A DNA stretch of 63,742 nt, the filler included, from Asterionella formosa (lineage: Eukaryota): NCBI GenBank assembly GCA_002256025.1. It is 3 parts of 3 records of this genome, joined end to end, with 100 filler letters (N's around TTAATTAATTAA, not from the genome) between each part and the next. Parts side by side here need not be neighbours in the genome. Positions count along the whole stretch, not along the records: positions 1 to 30,831 come from NKIB01000801.1; positions 30,932 to 61,700 come from NKIB01000805.1; 1 more part is not named here. One strand, written 5' to 3'. Of the stretch, positions 27,281 through 40,384 are shown piece by piece. The notes beneath the pieces were generated by a model that was not told the DNA's origin, did no database searches, and worked only from the letters and a program-made list of their open reading frames with translations. Made by a program: the position numbers and the translations under genes. Position 1 is the first letter of the stretch; each line of letters opens with the position of its first letter.

Positions 27281-29388
27281 TCAGATGCTGCTCAATGTTA
27301 TGGTAATCATTTTCGAATTCAAACTGGTTAAGGAATCATCTCCAATTTGCAGAATGATTGTTGATGTTTTGTTTGTCTTCAAAATGAGGGCTTCAATGTG
27401 CTTAACAACTAGCTTGATTCTTGAAAATCGTTTGCTTTCTGCTTGAGTGAAATTGAAACGCCATTGGTTTTTGAATTTCGCTTCTAGCTGAAAAATGCCG
27501 CCCTGGAAACACCACCGTAGATTATTATTGTGATCAAAGATGTGTGTAACAAACCATTCATGCCAAATCGACAGGCAGCTTAAATGATTCTTATAGAGTT
27601 CATACCTTGGACATCCATTTTTATTTTTCTTCATGTGAATGGCACCAACAGATGTTGAAACACTTCGATCATTCAAAGATCTATTACTTTGTATTGATGA
27701 TGAGGACTGTGCAGAGGATGAAAAATCGAAGGATGACAAATGATTCAAAAGAGACTCTAAGTGTTGTGGTCGAACTAAACCATCAACTCTGTCATTCAAC
27801 TGTGAAAAGTTTGCTCTCATTTCAGAATGCAAATTTGTAAATCGATCTCTGGCACCAGGTAAAATAGAGTCAATTCTAAGATCCACTGGATCCTGAACCA
27901 AATTCAGATGATGACTCATATTCTTTAAAAAATCTTTGAACTCTTCACAGTTAAACACATCCAATGTAAACAAAAAATGACCCCGACCATTCAATGTCAT
28001 TGTTGCTGCATCTTGCATAATGACGACACGGAGGCAAGAGAGAAAATTAAGAAAAGCATAGGCGGTAGAATTGGTAGCTGCATCAATAGATTCAATTTCT
28101 TTTTCAATAAATGGAAAGGTTGTCTGTTGCAGGGTCATTGAAGGTTTGATATGATCTCGTGGAAAAAAACACTTCCTTTTTCATCTGGATGTCCAGCCAT
28201 AACACGCATGGCTTTCATTGGCAGTTTAGCTGAATAAACATCACGTCGAGTATCCACATTCCAATTTCCAAGGTCATGATGTTATAGCCATCAAGTTCAT
28301 CCAATTCTGCTTTGACTGAACCAGCCAATCGACCAAAATGCACGAAATGTTTTGAAATAATGCCAAGGTGTCTGCAAGAATTCTTCATGTTACTCGCATA
28401 TGCCTGATCAGTTACTGAAATAGTGTTGTCGAAGCCCCGAGAATCTGTCAACAGCTTAATATTGAACCAGGCTTTGTTTGAAGTAAAATCAAATGATTCT
28501 GCTTCTCCACTCTGCATAAATCTTGCCATTAAATAAAATCCAAGAGCACCAATAGCCCACTCATTGACATTACAATGTCAAATACAACGTCCATAAAGAG
28601 TCTTTAAACCATTTGTTTTCCCAGTAGCAATGCGCATCACATGAATTCAAATATCCTCTAGACTATTTTTATCCTTGTGTAACAAGGAACAAAGATCGCT
28701 AAGTTCGCACTTAAAGAGTGATTCGCCTCTTACGATCCCATTTGTTGTCATCAAAAGACAATATTGATCACGTAAAGATGCCACTGAATAAATGGATAAT
28801 AACGATTTTTTTGAAAGAAAAATCTTCAAGTCTTGGTATATCTTGAGCAGCAGTGTATGGCTTGAATTCACTTGTCAATTTTTCATCAAAATTGCTTTTC
28901 GCAATTTGTGTCTTTCTCCTTTTTACTGTCTTCAGCAATATTTTGACATGGCCAGACATTAGTACTTCCTTGGGTATGTTGTTGAATCCTCCATCCTGTT
29001 GCTGTGCATGCAAATCTAGGATGGCTGCTCGATATTGATTGAGTACACTATATCCAATTGGCATGTCTGAAATCCAATCATTGTTGGAAATTACAGATTC
29101 ATAATCATCCTTTGAAAACTGTTCTTCCACAGATTTACATTGACCTGGTCATCCTCTGTGTCGCTGATGACGTCTTGATTGATACCATAAAAAGCCAAAA
29201 AACTTTTCTTCTGTCACTGTTGTAGATGGGATGCCATCCACCTCGGACGGAAAGGCATAACGAGAAAAATCAAGGAATTCTGCCATTTTTCTTCTATAGG
29301 CAAGAATGGTGTTTTCCGGACGACCAGCCTTATCGTCTGCTGCAACCTGTTTTGCTTGAGCTGCGAATTTTCCACTTGTGTATGACAT
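27281..29388 (-). pseudogene. Crypton-like tyrosine recombinase transposon ORF (NDC10_II-like YR plus GCR1_C domain), disrupted
   Basis: RPENTILAYRRKMAEF (SAM-like N-terminus), GIVRGES (catalytic R), GKTNG (K), HFVHFGR (HxxR), LGNWNVDTRRDVYSAKLP (W, catalytic Y), and C-terminal YELYKNHLSCLSIWHEWF...GGIFQLEAKFKNQWR...FSRIK (GCR1_C). Several frameshifts and in-frame stops. Confidence 0.85.
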
Positions 29389-29586
29389 GCTTAAATCTGA
29401 ATAAATGATGCTAGTAATTTGGGAGGAGGTTGTATAGATTATGTGTAAACGAATTCAATTCAAATGAAGAAGGAATGAGACAGGCAAAGAAGAACGAGAG
29501 TTTGGTTTTGGTTGTAACAAGATGATGATAACAGCGAAATTACAAACATTCATGATCACTGCCTGTGTAAACGGTGCTACTTGATT

Positions 29587-30831
29587 GCTGAAGGCTATAC
29601 ACGCCCGAGGCGGTTACTTGACTTCTCATATACATGTGTACTCGGCTGGCATGGCATTCGTAGGGTGACCTTCTCGCAGCGCCGGGAAGGGTATTGTTGA
29701 AGCTTTTTTTTGGATATTTCCTATCTTCACCTCGAAAATTGCCAAAGGTCCGATATTGCCCATCATTAAAATATATTTTGTATATTTCATACGTTCGCAT
29801 TTTGGCAAGACAACAGACGCCAATTGCCCCTCGGTTTTCTAGCCCTGGGATTGCCGAAATCGGCAAGGAGTCTACTTAAGGAAACCATTTTATATACTTT
29901 AAATATTTTGATAATTTACATCTAGAATTCACCTCGTTTTTGTTCGTCTCCTGAAAAGTGGACTCCGGCAATTCACCTTTCACCGTGCCAATCGTCATCC
30001 ATCATGACCGGTTTGAAGCGAAATCAGTTCCGCGATGACGCCAGTAGCGATTCTTTGCCTAACGGATGCGGTTGATTGTTGGATTGCTTGTCTTCTCGAG
30101 GTATTCGTGTTGTCGCATTGTCCATATTTCGTTGGACGAACGATGATATCGATACATCTGATGTTGCTTGGTGGCAAGTTTTTGCTCCGGTCATGTATGT
30201 AATGATGCTTAACGGATATTCTACCGGTACCGGCAGTCATCTAGTCTACATATGTAAGTGGTACTAAAAACAACCATGCATGCTTTAAGCTAAACTTTAA
30301 CGCTTACTTTGAACACGTTATAATGTTATCTCTGTAGACTCGGTATTATTTTAACGAGTCCTGAAATGTAAAATTGTATCATTCACATGTTCATTGATTT
30401 TACGTACTGCTGTATGCCCGATTTCGTCCTCACAAATATAGTTCTCACTCTATCTTGCCTGCCTTTGCTCTATTCGGGCTTGCAATAGGCAACGTTCATC
30501 TTTCTTTGATCCCATCGTCTGCTGCTTGTTATGCTAGTTGAAGCGGATCGGTGAGTACAACAGTGAAACACTGAATGTGGATTGTAGATCGTATTTATCG
30601 GGCCGACTTTCCGATTTGATTGCTTCCGTGGTTTGTTTTGATCGCTTCCATCGTTGTTTGTCGTTATGCACTGTCATTTTGTCTCGATTGTACATATCTA
30701 CATAAGAACCAATGCATTTATCAATGACTACTCATTGAAGATGTGGTATTGTGCCGTTGTTGATCGTATTTGTTGATTTGTATAGTCGTTGACAATGATG
30801 TCAATATTGCTGCCAAGCAATGCATTTCTTG
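29587..30831 (+). mobile_element. ~1.25-kb non-coding dispersed repeat, copy 1 (truncated by gap)
   Basis: Colinear with 58260-59293 (+) and 47912-49174 (-). All three begin at tgctgaaggc. Confidence 0.85.
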
Positions 30832-30931
30832 NNNNNNNNNNNNNNNNNNNNNNNNNNNNNNNNNNNNNNNNNNNNTTAATTAATTAANNNNNNNNNNNNN
30901 NNNNNNNNNNNNNNNNNNNNNNNNNNNNNNN
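30832..30931. other. Assembly gap with artificial six-frame-stop linker TTAATTAATTAA
   Basis: 44 N + ttaattaattaa (30876-30887) + 44 N. Confidence 0.97.
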
Positions 30932-31759
30932 GTCATAACCAGAATCCACGATCTACATGCGTCTAATATCTCAAACGGTACACTGGACTGTTGGACCAGA
31001 GATCAGGGAGAGTGACAAATAGTGAAGGGATCATTTGAGTCGAGTCACAAAAGTGACTCGAATTATGATTATGCTCCAACTATGTCTTATAGTAAATGTG
31101 GCTCCCAGGGACCACAGAATTGTTTTGGAAAAGACGATGACGAGATGATTGAAGTAGAAGTTGAAAGATCGAAAATGGATCTTAGGAAGGAGCTTATTCT
31201 AAGTAGTAGAAAGCTCACAATAAAGTAAAGCAGAAAGTGAGTTTCTGACGTTTACTAAAGATCTAGAAGTAGATCACGAGAAATAGCTAGCTGAGAGTGA
31301 AGTATAGACGTATACTACTCAAGAGTACTAGATACTTTAACAGGAGTGATGGACACACACAAAAATCATGAGATCCCGATGAAGTAGCTAGCCAGCACCA
31401 ATATCATAGTATAATATCTACCATAGGGTAGCTATTTATTTATTTTTTCCTCCAGCCATGAGGAGCATGTACCGGTACGGTACCAGGTACCTGGTACCAG
31501 TACCTGGTCCACCAGGTAGTAAGTAACCTGCTTGATGTATTGATGTGGCTGTGCGTCGTGCGCTTGGCTGCATGATGATTCTCCCTCGCATGTGTGACCT
31601 CGAGCTCGGCAAAGAACCCAAATCATCACCTCGTTCTCCAACGTTTTGCGTTGCTGCTACCCATGCAAGCGACGATCTCGTCATCCTCCTTGGTATGATT
31701 TGAATCACAAAAGAAGTCGAAAGCAAAAACAAGAAGAATCCAATCACAATATTTCAACA

Positions 31760-32641
31760 ATGGCGCTCCGACGAACGGTGGCCTTGCAACATATCAAAAT
31801 CCCCACTCGCCCTCTATCTTCCATAACAAATAACCAGCTAAACTACGAAATAATAGGGGACGAAACCTCCACCACTGAGTCAACACTCTATCTTCATGGC
31901 CTACTGGGGAATGGAAGGAACCTTAGAGGACTGGCCAAGGCTGTGAATGCTCCATCCAGTATATTGATGGATCTACGGGGGCATGGCATGTCTCCGAGCT
32001 TTGATGGTCCCCACAATTTTAAAAACTGTGCCATGGATGTAAAGAATACATTGAAGAACACTAAGAAACTATCGACGCTTGTGGGTCACTCCTTTGGTGG
32101 ACGTATAGCCCTTGAGTACACCCATCACCTTGTTGTAGATGACGAAACTGGCAGAAGCCCCCCAACTATGTGGTTGCTGGATACTATTCCAGGACAAGCA
32201 AATGAATCTGTAGAGAAAGTGCTTGCAGCAGTGGACCAAGTGCAATTAACAACGAAGAAGGAGATTGTTCAACAACTGGTAAATAAAGGAATAGAAGTTG
32301 ACATTTCACAATGGTTAGCTTCATCGGTTCGGCAAACGAAAGATAAGACGTTGGAGTGGGGATTCGATGTCGATGTAGCACAAGGAGTGCTGGAACACTT
32401 CGCCAGTCAAGATTTTCTTGGAATGTTGGAGAAGATTTGTGTTGATGGCGATGCTACTGTTCATTTGGTACGAGGTGGCAAGAACAATGGATGGGAGGAG
32501 GATCCGACTTTACTCCCAGCTGTGGAAAGTTTGAATAAACAATTGAGCAATTTCCATTTCCATTTGCTTCCGACAGCTGGTCATTGGGTGCACGTCGATG
32601 ATTTGAATGGTTTGGTGCAGCTTTTTCAATACCATCGCTAA
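31760..32641 (+). CDS. Alpha/beta hydrolase, ABHD11/YbfF-like, probably mitochondrial
   Basis: LHGLLGNGRN, DLRGHGMSP, nucleophile GHSFGG and AGHWVHVD. Arg-rich presequence MALRRTVALQ. Single exon. Confidence 0.93.
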   Translation: MALRRTVALQHIKIPTRPLSSITNNQLNYEIIGDETSTTESTLYLHGLLGNGRNLRGLAKAVNAPSSILMDLRGHGMSPSFDGPHNFKNCAMDVKNTLKNTKKLSTLVGHSFGGRIALEYTHHLVVDDETGRSPPTMWLLDTIPGQANESVEKVLAAVDQVQLTTKKEIVQQLVNKGIEVDISQWLASSVRQTKDKTLEWGFDVDVAQGVLEHFASQDFLGMLEKICVDGDATVHLVRGGKNNGWEEDPTLLPAVESLNKQLSNFHFHLLPTAGHWVHVDDLNGLVQLFQYHR

Positions 32642-35600
32642 AGTTTGAGCGACATACGAACGCATCGTAACGAACTTTATTGCAGAAAGCAGGGAATGAG
32701 ATGAGGTTTGTTGATGACTTATTTTTTTGGCATTTCTATTTGAATCCCAAATAAGTTTTGAACAAGGAATTTAATCAAAGCTTCAATGAATTTTTGTCGA
32801 ACATCTTGGGGAATTTCGAAGCAGCCTGGTGTATTTCAAATAAATTCGGAAAATCTTGTCTCAATTCAAATAAAATTAAAACTCACTTATTATGTGATTT
32901 ATAAGACCACATAGCAACACGTGAAGTTTCAGAGCACCGCCTGGCAACAAGACCATGTGCTTCCCTAGTTTTGTTTGTGTAGGTGAGTCCCCAACTATAA
33001 AAGTGGTCATCTTAGCCGCAGCAGTGTTAGGGGAAACTCCCCGACCGCCTAGGAAGGCGGGACACTGTGCTGATTATGGGGGGGGGGGGGGGGGGCCCCC
33101 CCTTTTTGGGTGCCAAGCCGGGGGGCCCGCCCGCTGGGGGGGGGGGAGGAGTGTGGGAGTCGAACCCAACAAGTACTTGTAAAAAATTGCTGGAATCGAG
33201 CCAAACAACTTCGAATCAAGGGCAACATGGCTACTACCCAACCAGAGGAGCCATTCCCCAAATCTTATCTCATATCATTTCAAACAACGAGTGCCTGAAA
33301 ATGCCAACATTATCCTTTTTAGACATTCCATGTCTGTCCATTCTTGTATGGGGTAATGCTGGCATTTGACCAAAAAATGCAAAAGATTCATAGATATGCC
33401 AGAGGATTCATTGTCAACTCAAGGCTTGCCTCGAGACATCATAGCTATCATAAATAGAGGAGACATAAGCTATGAAATCGATGCCATTAAAAAAAGTTTA
33501 GCAATTAGCTAGCATCATGATAAGCTAGCAAACAGACAAAGCAAAGGGTTTCATTATGCTTGTGGAACTCCTCAATTCAATATTGTTCATTAGCTTTTGC
33601 CAACATCATTGAAAGAGCTAGCATTGATGTTCAGTTATAATGGAAACTAGCTACTAAGAAATCAAGAATGATTGGCAATAGCTCAAAAGCAAATTAAAAC
33701 TTGTCATGAGCAATAGAAATTGATTCTTTCTCATATTTTTCTGTATCTTAAATTCACGTTATGGATTTTAAATTTTTCACAGCACATTGTTGTTCGGTAT
33801 GTGGCTGGCAAGGGTAACTTCGCTACATTTGATATTCTTGCTTACTATTGTTATAGCAACGCAATAACTACTAGGCAGAATCAGAAAAATGGTTTTTAAA
33901 ACTGGCTACTATCAGGTGATTCTGATATTACTCTCTCATTTTTGATTTATAATTTAGCATGTCAAGAAAAATGTTGTTCACGTTAAATCAAATTGTTTTT
34001 GGAGATCACAGGAACATTTTTGCTGTTGAACGCCAATATAAAAGAGAAGAAGACATGAAATAATATTTGTCTTCCTCCTGATAGTAAGAGGATACGGCGA
34101 TTTTTTTCACCACTGGAGATTGTATTCTAAGCTTGTTATTGGGAGTTTGCTCTACCCTTGAAATTTGTGACATGTATTTAAAGTTATTTGATGAAGTTAC
34201 TATGAGTTTTAATTGACTTTGTTCGAATACAATGATTGAACCTTCATGATGTTTACTGTAAATTGGTTACCAAAACAAGGTTGACCCTGCTGTGTTGGCT
34301 AGCTTTGTTGTTAGGGTTGGGAATCCATGTACTTGCCAATGATGATTTGGAAAATAATGGGCTAGTAATTGTTGATACCTCTTGTTTTTCATTTCATTTC
34401 ATTTCACTGAACAAAATATATAATACAAATTTAATTTGAAAAATAAATTATCAATGATGATATAAACAGTTATTTATTTGGTAGATGTCACGAACAGATT
34501 GCATGAGGGACGTGCTTGGTCAATGGTATCCAACTTGATGAATTCAATACATGCCAATTTAATGATGCAGGGATTGTTTACAGAAACCGAAGTAGAAATA
34601 TTTTCGATTCTTCCTCTATTCTTATTCTGGCCCATTTAGCAGAGCTGAAGTCAGCTGGTATATTGTCTTTGCACATGAATGGAGTGATGTATTTTGAGCC
34701 ATTGAGTACTTCAATCAAATCAAATATTTGGTTTCGAGAATTACTATATTTCCTTCACTTGTAGAAACTCATTCACTGCCTCGAACATATTCTATTGGAC
34801 ATGTTAATCCCAATTATAGTCAAGAAGAAGTGGAATTCTAATTTTCAAAGAACTTCAGGAAATGCAATGTGGTGGATCCAGACGAATCATTTATAATGGG
34901 AGATCACAGGGGAATTTCCATATTCATTTGGAAATTTTGCATCAATAATGATTTAACCTGAATATAGAGAATGGAACTCTGCTCTAATAAGGAGAAATAA
35001 TATTTATGGAGCAAGGTGGGAATATGCAACGAATTTTGCAAGTATCCAGTAAATAATATACCAGTAGAAGGAGTACTGAAACCACTAAAATTGACTTTTA
35101 CGATTTTTTGTGCTGTTGTTGAATTGGCTCATGATAAACATATATCAGGGACTTCAACAGATTAAAATGGAGAAATTGTTTTCACCAACAACCAACACTA
35201 TACATGGCGCTATTTGTCACCACACTTGATTCTTTAGTAAATTCGTGGTGATATGGGAAATATTCATGTAGGTTGACTATTTAATTTACCAGGGAGTAAA
35301 GACAAAGAATTTGAATTTGAACTAGTACTCATATTTAGTTGTGTGCCAGTAACAGCACGAAGAATTCTGTGGAAAGAGATCAATCTGGACTTCAAAGACT
35401 CAATAACGCTTCACACTTCGAAGTACACCTATGGAGCATACACAACATGTCCAAATCATCATTTTCCAGTCTGCCGGGTTTTTTCGGAGGTGGTAACTGT
35501 CAGCATACATACACAAACTCTCTCCAGAAATTTTTTGTGCCGTTGGCAGCCCAATACCTCTGTGCTCAGCATTTTTGGTCAATCTTGACGACCTTCCAAC

Positions 35601-38007
35601 CGATTTCTCTTCTCTTTCCTTTTCATTCTTCTTGTTCTTCTCCTCCTTTGTAATGAGGATTATTTACCAATTCCTCCGCAAAGAACTTGCGAAAACACAG
35701 CATGCCATCAACCTCCCTCTTTACAGGAGTGTTTATATGCAACCATGGTATCTTCTGATGTGGCTGATTGAAAGAAGCAATACTAACACTCATTTTAGCC
35801 ACCATTTCTTCGCCCAGCCATATCACCTCCAAACTGATTTGGGAAGGCCGCTTTGAGTCATGGAAATCCAACTGCAAGTCGAAATTTGTATTGGCTGTAG
35901 AAAGCCACTGTAAATATAATTTGTTTTTGTTATTCATTATCTGCACAGCCACACTTCCCCTCCACCATGCTCATTACACCATTTTTTCAATCCATCTGAG
36001 TGGTTGGTTACAGGTGTACCCTCTATCTTTTGATCAAATCGTTCCAGAACTCTGAAGGAAAAATGAAATCAAATAAATGGAAGGTATTGAGTTGAAATGA
36101 ATTGGAAATGATGCAATATCGGATTGACTGCTCTTTGATCCATTCAACTGTCTCCTGTCGCGAATTCCTGACTTCTCCCACTCATCATCAAACAATTTGT
36201 TTACAACTTCATCATGAAATTTTTTCAGATGCTGGGAATTTTCAACTCCAATATCAACAAATCCAGCTGGAATGGCAACATCGTCAGAGTCATGAACTGC
36301 GCCAGTACACTTGATAAGTTGGAGAAGCTCTGAAGGCATCACTTCACCTTCTGCTGCCTCCTTAAGTGCATAATTACCTTCATCATAGCAAAATTAGTCT
36401 GGATCACCATCAGAAATGATCTAGAAGTGGTTTTCAAGGGCATACAGCTCAGTCATATCACCATCATCCACAGTCCTGGGAACTGCAACCACAATGGCCA
36501 TGATCCCCTCTTTACCTCTGATTTTCTTGTACTCCCTCCTCTGCAGAACTGTCATTCTTTCAAGTTGATGACCTTTCTGATGTTCATATGATGATTTCGG
36601 ACCCAGAGTGATGGGTGAATATACTTGGAAAAGCATGAAACAGGCACCTTCGCCCATTTTCAATTTTTTGTTTTGTGCCATTCCACAAATTTTTTGAGAT
36701 TTTTTGGCAGGCTGACTTCTCATGTATCTGAAATAATTTTTTATACCTATAAGCGTATTCCCATGCATACCTCGAGAAACCTGCAGTTCTTTAGATTTAG
36801 ATTAACTTGTTAGAAATGAAATATCCGTTGATTGAGCTAGGGGCAGGGGATTGAAAACCCAGACTGAATCCAGTCTATTAGGCTGAAATCAGCCTAGCCG
36901 GATAGAATCCGTTTTTTTGTGCCCGGTAGCTCTGTTGGAAAATGTCACTTTGTTCTTGCTTGCGAACACTCAAGCAAGCCAGGTATTTTCGTTTCTTTGT
37001 TGTCCAACCTCTGCTTCGATACCGGTACCTGGTACCAGGTACCAGGTACCAGGTGCTACCACTTTGTAGTTTGTTGCTTCGCGCCAAAATATAAGGCGGA
37101 CAACGCAAGACGAAGATCGAAGGGGGGTGAGTATGTACATGCTTTGTAGGTGCAGTATAAATGTGATACAAGAGGGCTTTCAAATGTTATCAAAAGCTAC
37201 AGCACTGAAGATTAGGTATCTGGTACATCCGAGCTGTACGGTACAATACGAGGTACCAGGTACCAGGTTCCTTGTGGTCTATGTACCTGGTACCGAGAAG
37301 CATGGACTTTATAATCATTCATCAGAAAAGCTCTTGAGGATATTGCATGAAAGTGATTTCACGTTTTCGTTTGTACCTTTCTTCGGTTCGGTTCATTTGC
37401 ACGGGACGTGTCCTTGTTGTCTAACAGTACGTCCTTTCGACTTCTTGTCGTGATTCATGATCTTCATCCCTAGCGAACGATAAAGAGGTAAGTCGGAGAG
37501 TAAAGCATGATTTCTTCCTGATCAAAAGGCGATGGAAGCGTATGAGAATGCAAGAAAATGGTTGGAGGTCGATATGTCCTGTTAAGATCATTCCACGAAT
37601 GTTAGAGGGACATTTAGATACTCGCAGATAGTATTGGCGCAGCAGCTGAAAGTTTCTCGCTTAATATACCTCAAAGATGAAAACGAAAACGATAACTAGA
37701 GAGTGGAGCTCATTTTCGCGACAGAATGTGCAATGCATGGAATTCAGGATAGACACCACCGCCTATCATGCGGTGCAAACAGTCATTGGGCAATGGTGCT
37801 TAAGATAGACAGCTCCACCCTTTTTCATAGATCAATAACAAGCTTGTTAAAATCTCCGACAGGAGGAGAACACACACACTCCTCTGACTCATTTCCACTG
37901 TTTGCTAATCCTTTCAACTGAAAATTCTGCTGTTGATACGTGGAATTCGTCATTGATGCTCACCAAATCTTAAACTTCTTTCATTTCGGCAAGTGCAGTG
38001 AATCATA

Positions 38008-39736
38008 ATGATGCAGTTTGCTCGGAAGTTGCGGTCGAGAGCAACTGTAAAAGGCGAAGCAACAAAGGGAGAATGTAGCCAGGCCACTTCCAAACGAAAA
38101 ATTTTCGTAAGTTCAGAGTTTGCGCAACGGTGAAATATGTTCTGAATCCCATGGTAAGCTAATCTTAATCCTATATTGCAAACAGGGAGACGTCTCAAAC
38201 CGAAAATCGGCGAGAATTGTAAAGAATGACGCCACCTCGAAACTTGTCACCAAACCGAAGAAAGTAGAGCCTACGAAATCTGGGATCCACTCCAAAGGAA
38301 AGGAGAAGCCAGAACAGAAGAGTACTATTACAGATAGGCAACGATCGTTACGTTCAGCAATAAAAGAATTTTCGTGCGTTGATGCTTTGCCAGAACCAAT
38401 GTCAAAAACTCAGAGGGATGCAAGGCAAAAGACAAATAGAACTACAAGCAATGCTAGCATTACAAATACCCGGCACCTTGCTAGCAAAACAACGAACGTT
38501 ACCAAGCCAATCAAGCGAGGCCGATCAGCATCGAAAGAGATATCAGATACAGTTCCTCCAAGGAAAAAGACGCGACGGTCGGCTCTTTTTGCGACAGGAG
38601 CCGTTGTCGAGGAAGAGAACGTGTTGAAGAAGCTTGCTCCTGTCCCAGCCACCCGAATGGCAAGGAAGCCAATACCCAGAGGCAATGAAAGAAATGCTAA
38701 AATTGCGGCAATAAAACCCAGAGTGCTTTGCAATGACTTTGTCGCGGAAACTGACTATAGCATGGTTTGTAGCCCCTTCGATAATACGAAGTACACCTTT
38801 GGGATCGCTTTACACGACGAGAAACACAAAGGCGACGTCCTGATGGTTGCTGACTATGTGACAGACATATTTCAGCGACTTACTTATGCCGAGGTAAGTT
38901 ATAATTCCCATACTTGCATTGTTCTCATCGAACTGACGCTCACATTTTGTGTAATCACCAAGCTCGAACACCAGCCGTCGGCATATATGAGCACGCAAGG
39001 GCATATCAACCCCATGATGAGATCAATCCTTGTGGATTGGCTGGTGGAGGTACATATGAAATTTCGTTTGACACCAGAAACTCTCTACCTGTGCGTGAAC
39101 ATTATCGATCGTTATTGCTGCCACGCGGACATAGACCGCAAGAAACTTCAACTTGTCGGAGTAACATCGTTGCTAATCGCCTGTAAATATGAGGAGATCT
39201 ATCCTCCTGAGGTGCGAGATTGTGTTTACATCACTGATCGAGCCTACACTCGTCAAGAGGTACTTGATATGGAACAGGACATTGTGAAGAACCTGAAGTT
39301 TAAGTTGACTGTGCCGACGGGTTACCCATTCCTGGTTCGATTCCTTACCATTATCGATGCTTCAGACTTGATCAAGTATACTGCAAACTACTATATGGAA
39401 AGAACTCTACAACATTACATCTTTGTTGAATATCGACAATCGATAGTAGCAGCCGCAGCCGTTTGCCTTGCGTTGAACAACTCCGATGCTAGAAGAGATA
39501 AGGTCCTGGGCAAGGTCCAAGAGTCCCTACCAGGCGTGCCGGCCATCCTTCTTAAATATACTGGGTTTACAAAAGCACAGATCATCGAAGTTGCCGAGAA
39601 GATAGTAGATTGCATCGGGGGGGAAATCATCACTGCATCTTCTAGAGAACTTGTTGCTGTCAAGCGAAAGTATTCAGGCAAAAAGCTCGGGGTAGTTGCC
39701 GCTTTTCGGAATCCTGAAATTAGGGACCTCATTTGA
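38008..39736 (+). CDS. Mitotic A/B-type cyclin; exons 38008-38106, 38186-38893, 38963-39736
   Basis: Cyclin box MRSILVDWLVEVH, ETLYLCVNIIDRY, LQLVGVTSLLIACKYEEIYPP. GTAAGT introns 38107-38185 and 38894-38962. Confidence 0.93.
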
Positions 39737-40357
39737 ACAAGCTGGGGAAGGAATTTAAAAGAGAAGACACCCGACATCATCGCGTAACACTTGACGCATT
39801 TTTTACTCCTTTCAATGGTTTGGAACCACAAGGATGATAAAAATCTGTCGACAACTATGATCGACTATTAATAGACAAGCGTCTAGACTAATACAGGTTT
39901 ACCTACTATCAAGTGCCCCATTCTTTAGTGTCTACTGACATTGCATTGTTAGCTAACTGGAGCGTATATTACTTAATGTCGATATTGCATGTTTATGGTC
40001 AATCAATATGCCAGCCATCAGCTTCACAATATGCATAGGGCACCATTAACCTTTCATTTACCCTCGAACAACATTATCCCACAAATGCAAGTTGAGCAAA
40101 CACAGCATGATCTCCTAGTCCGGCCTGCTCATGTTGGTCCATCATTGATGACTCCTTGCTGGTTAGCGACATACATACCAACATGGTTTCCTTAGTTGGT
40201 GTAGTTAAACAAAACACAACTTGAACTTGGTCGGAATTGATTGCTTGCTGACCTTGCTTCAAGAGGAGCTAAGACAGCACCAAAGGTAAAAACAAATGCG
40301 ATCTAGAAAATAAGTTTTCGTACTACAAGACAAGTAATAAGTCAAGGAAGGCTGGGA

Positions 40358-40384
40358 AGGCAAGGCAAGGCAAGGCAAGGCAAA
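40358..40384 (+). repeat. (AGGCA)n microsatellite
   Basis: aggcaaggcaaggcaaggcaaggcaaa. Confidence 0.85.

Noticed and set aside
30876..30887. TTAATTAATTAA palindrome inside N runs (also 61745-61756)
   Set aside because: Identical, centred in 100-bp gaps, with stops in all six frames: an artificial contig linker, not biology.
30932..31341. Possible solo LTR ((t)gtcataa...tttaaca)
   Set aside because: The start is lost in the gap, and there is no second copy, PBS/PPT or TSD to confirm it.
33150..33250. Possible tRNA gene on the minus strand
   Set aside because: Only a T-arm/B-box is present; no acceptor 5' strand, D-arm or anticodon arm found.
33300..36800. Scattered short ORFs in AT-rich decayed DNA
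   Set aside because: No recognisable domain or consistent exon structure; probably old TE or pseudogene debris.
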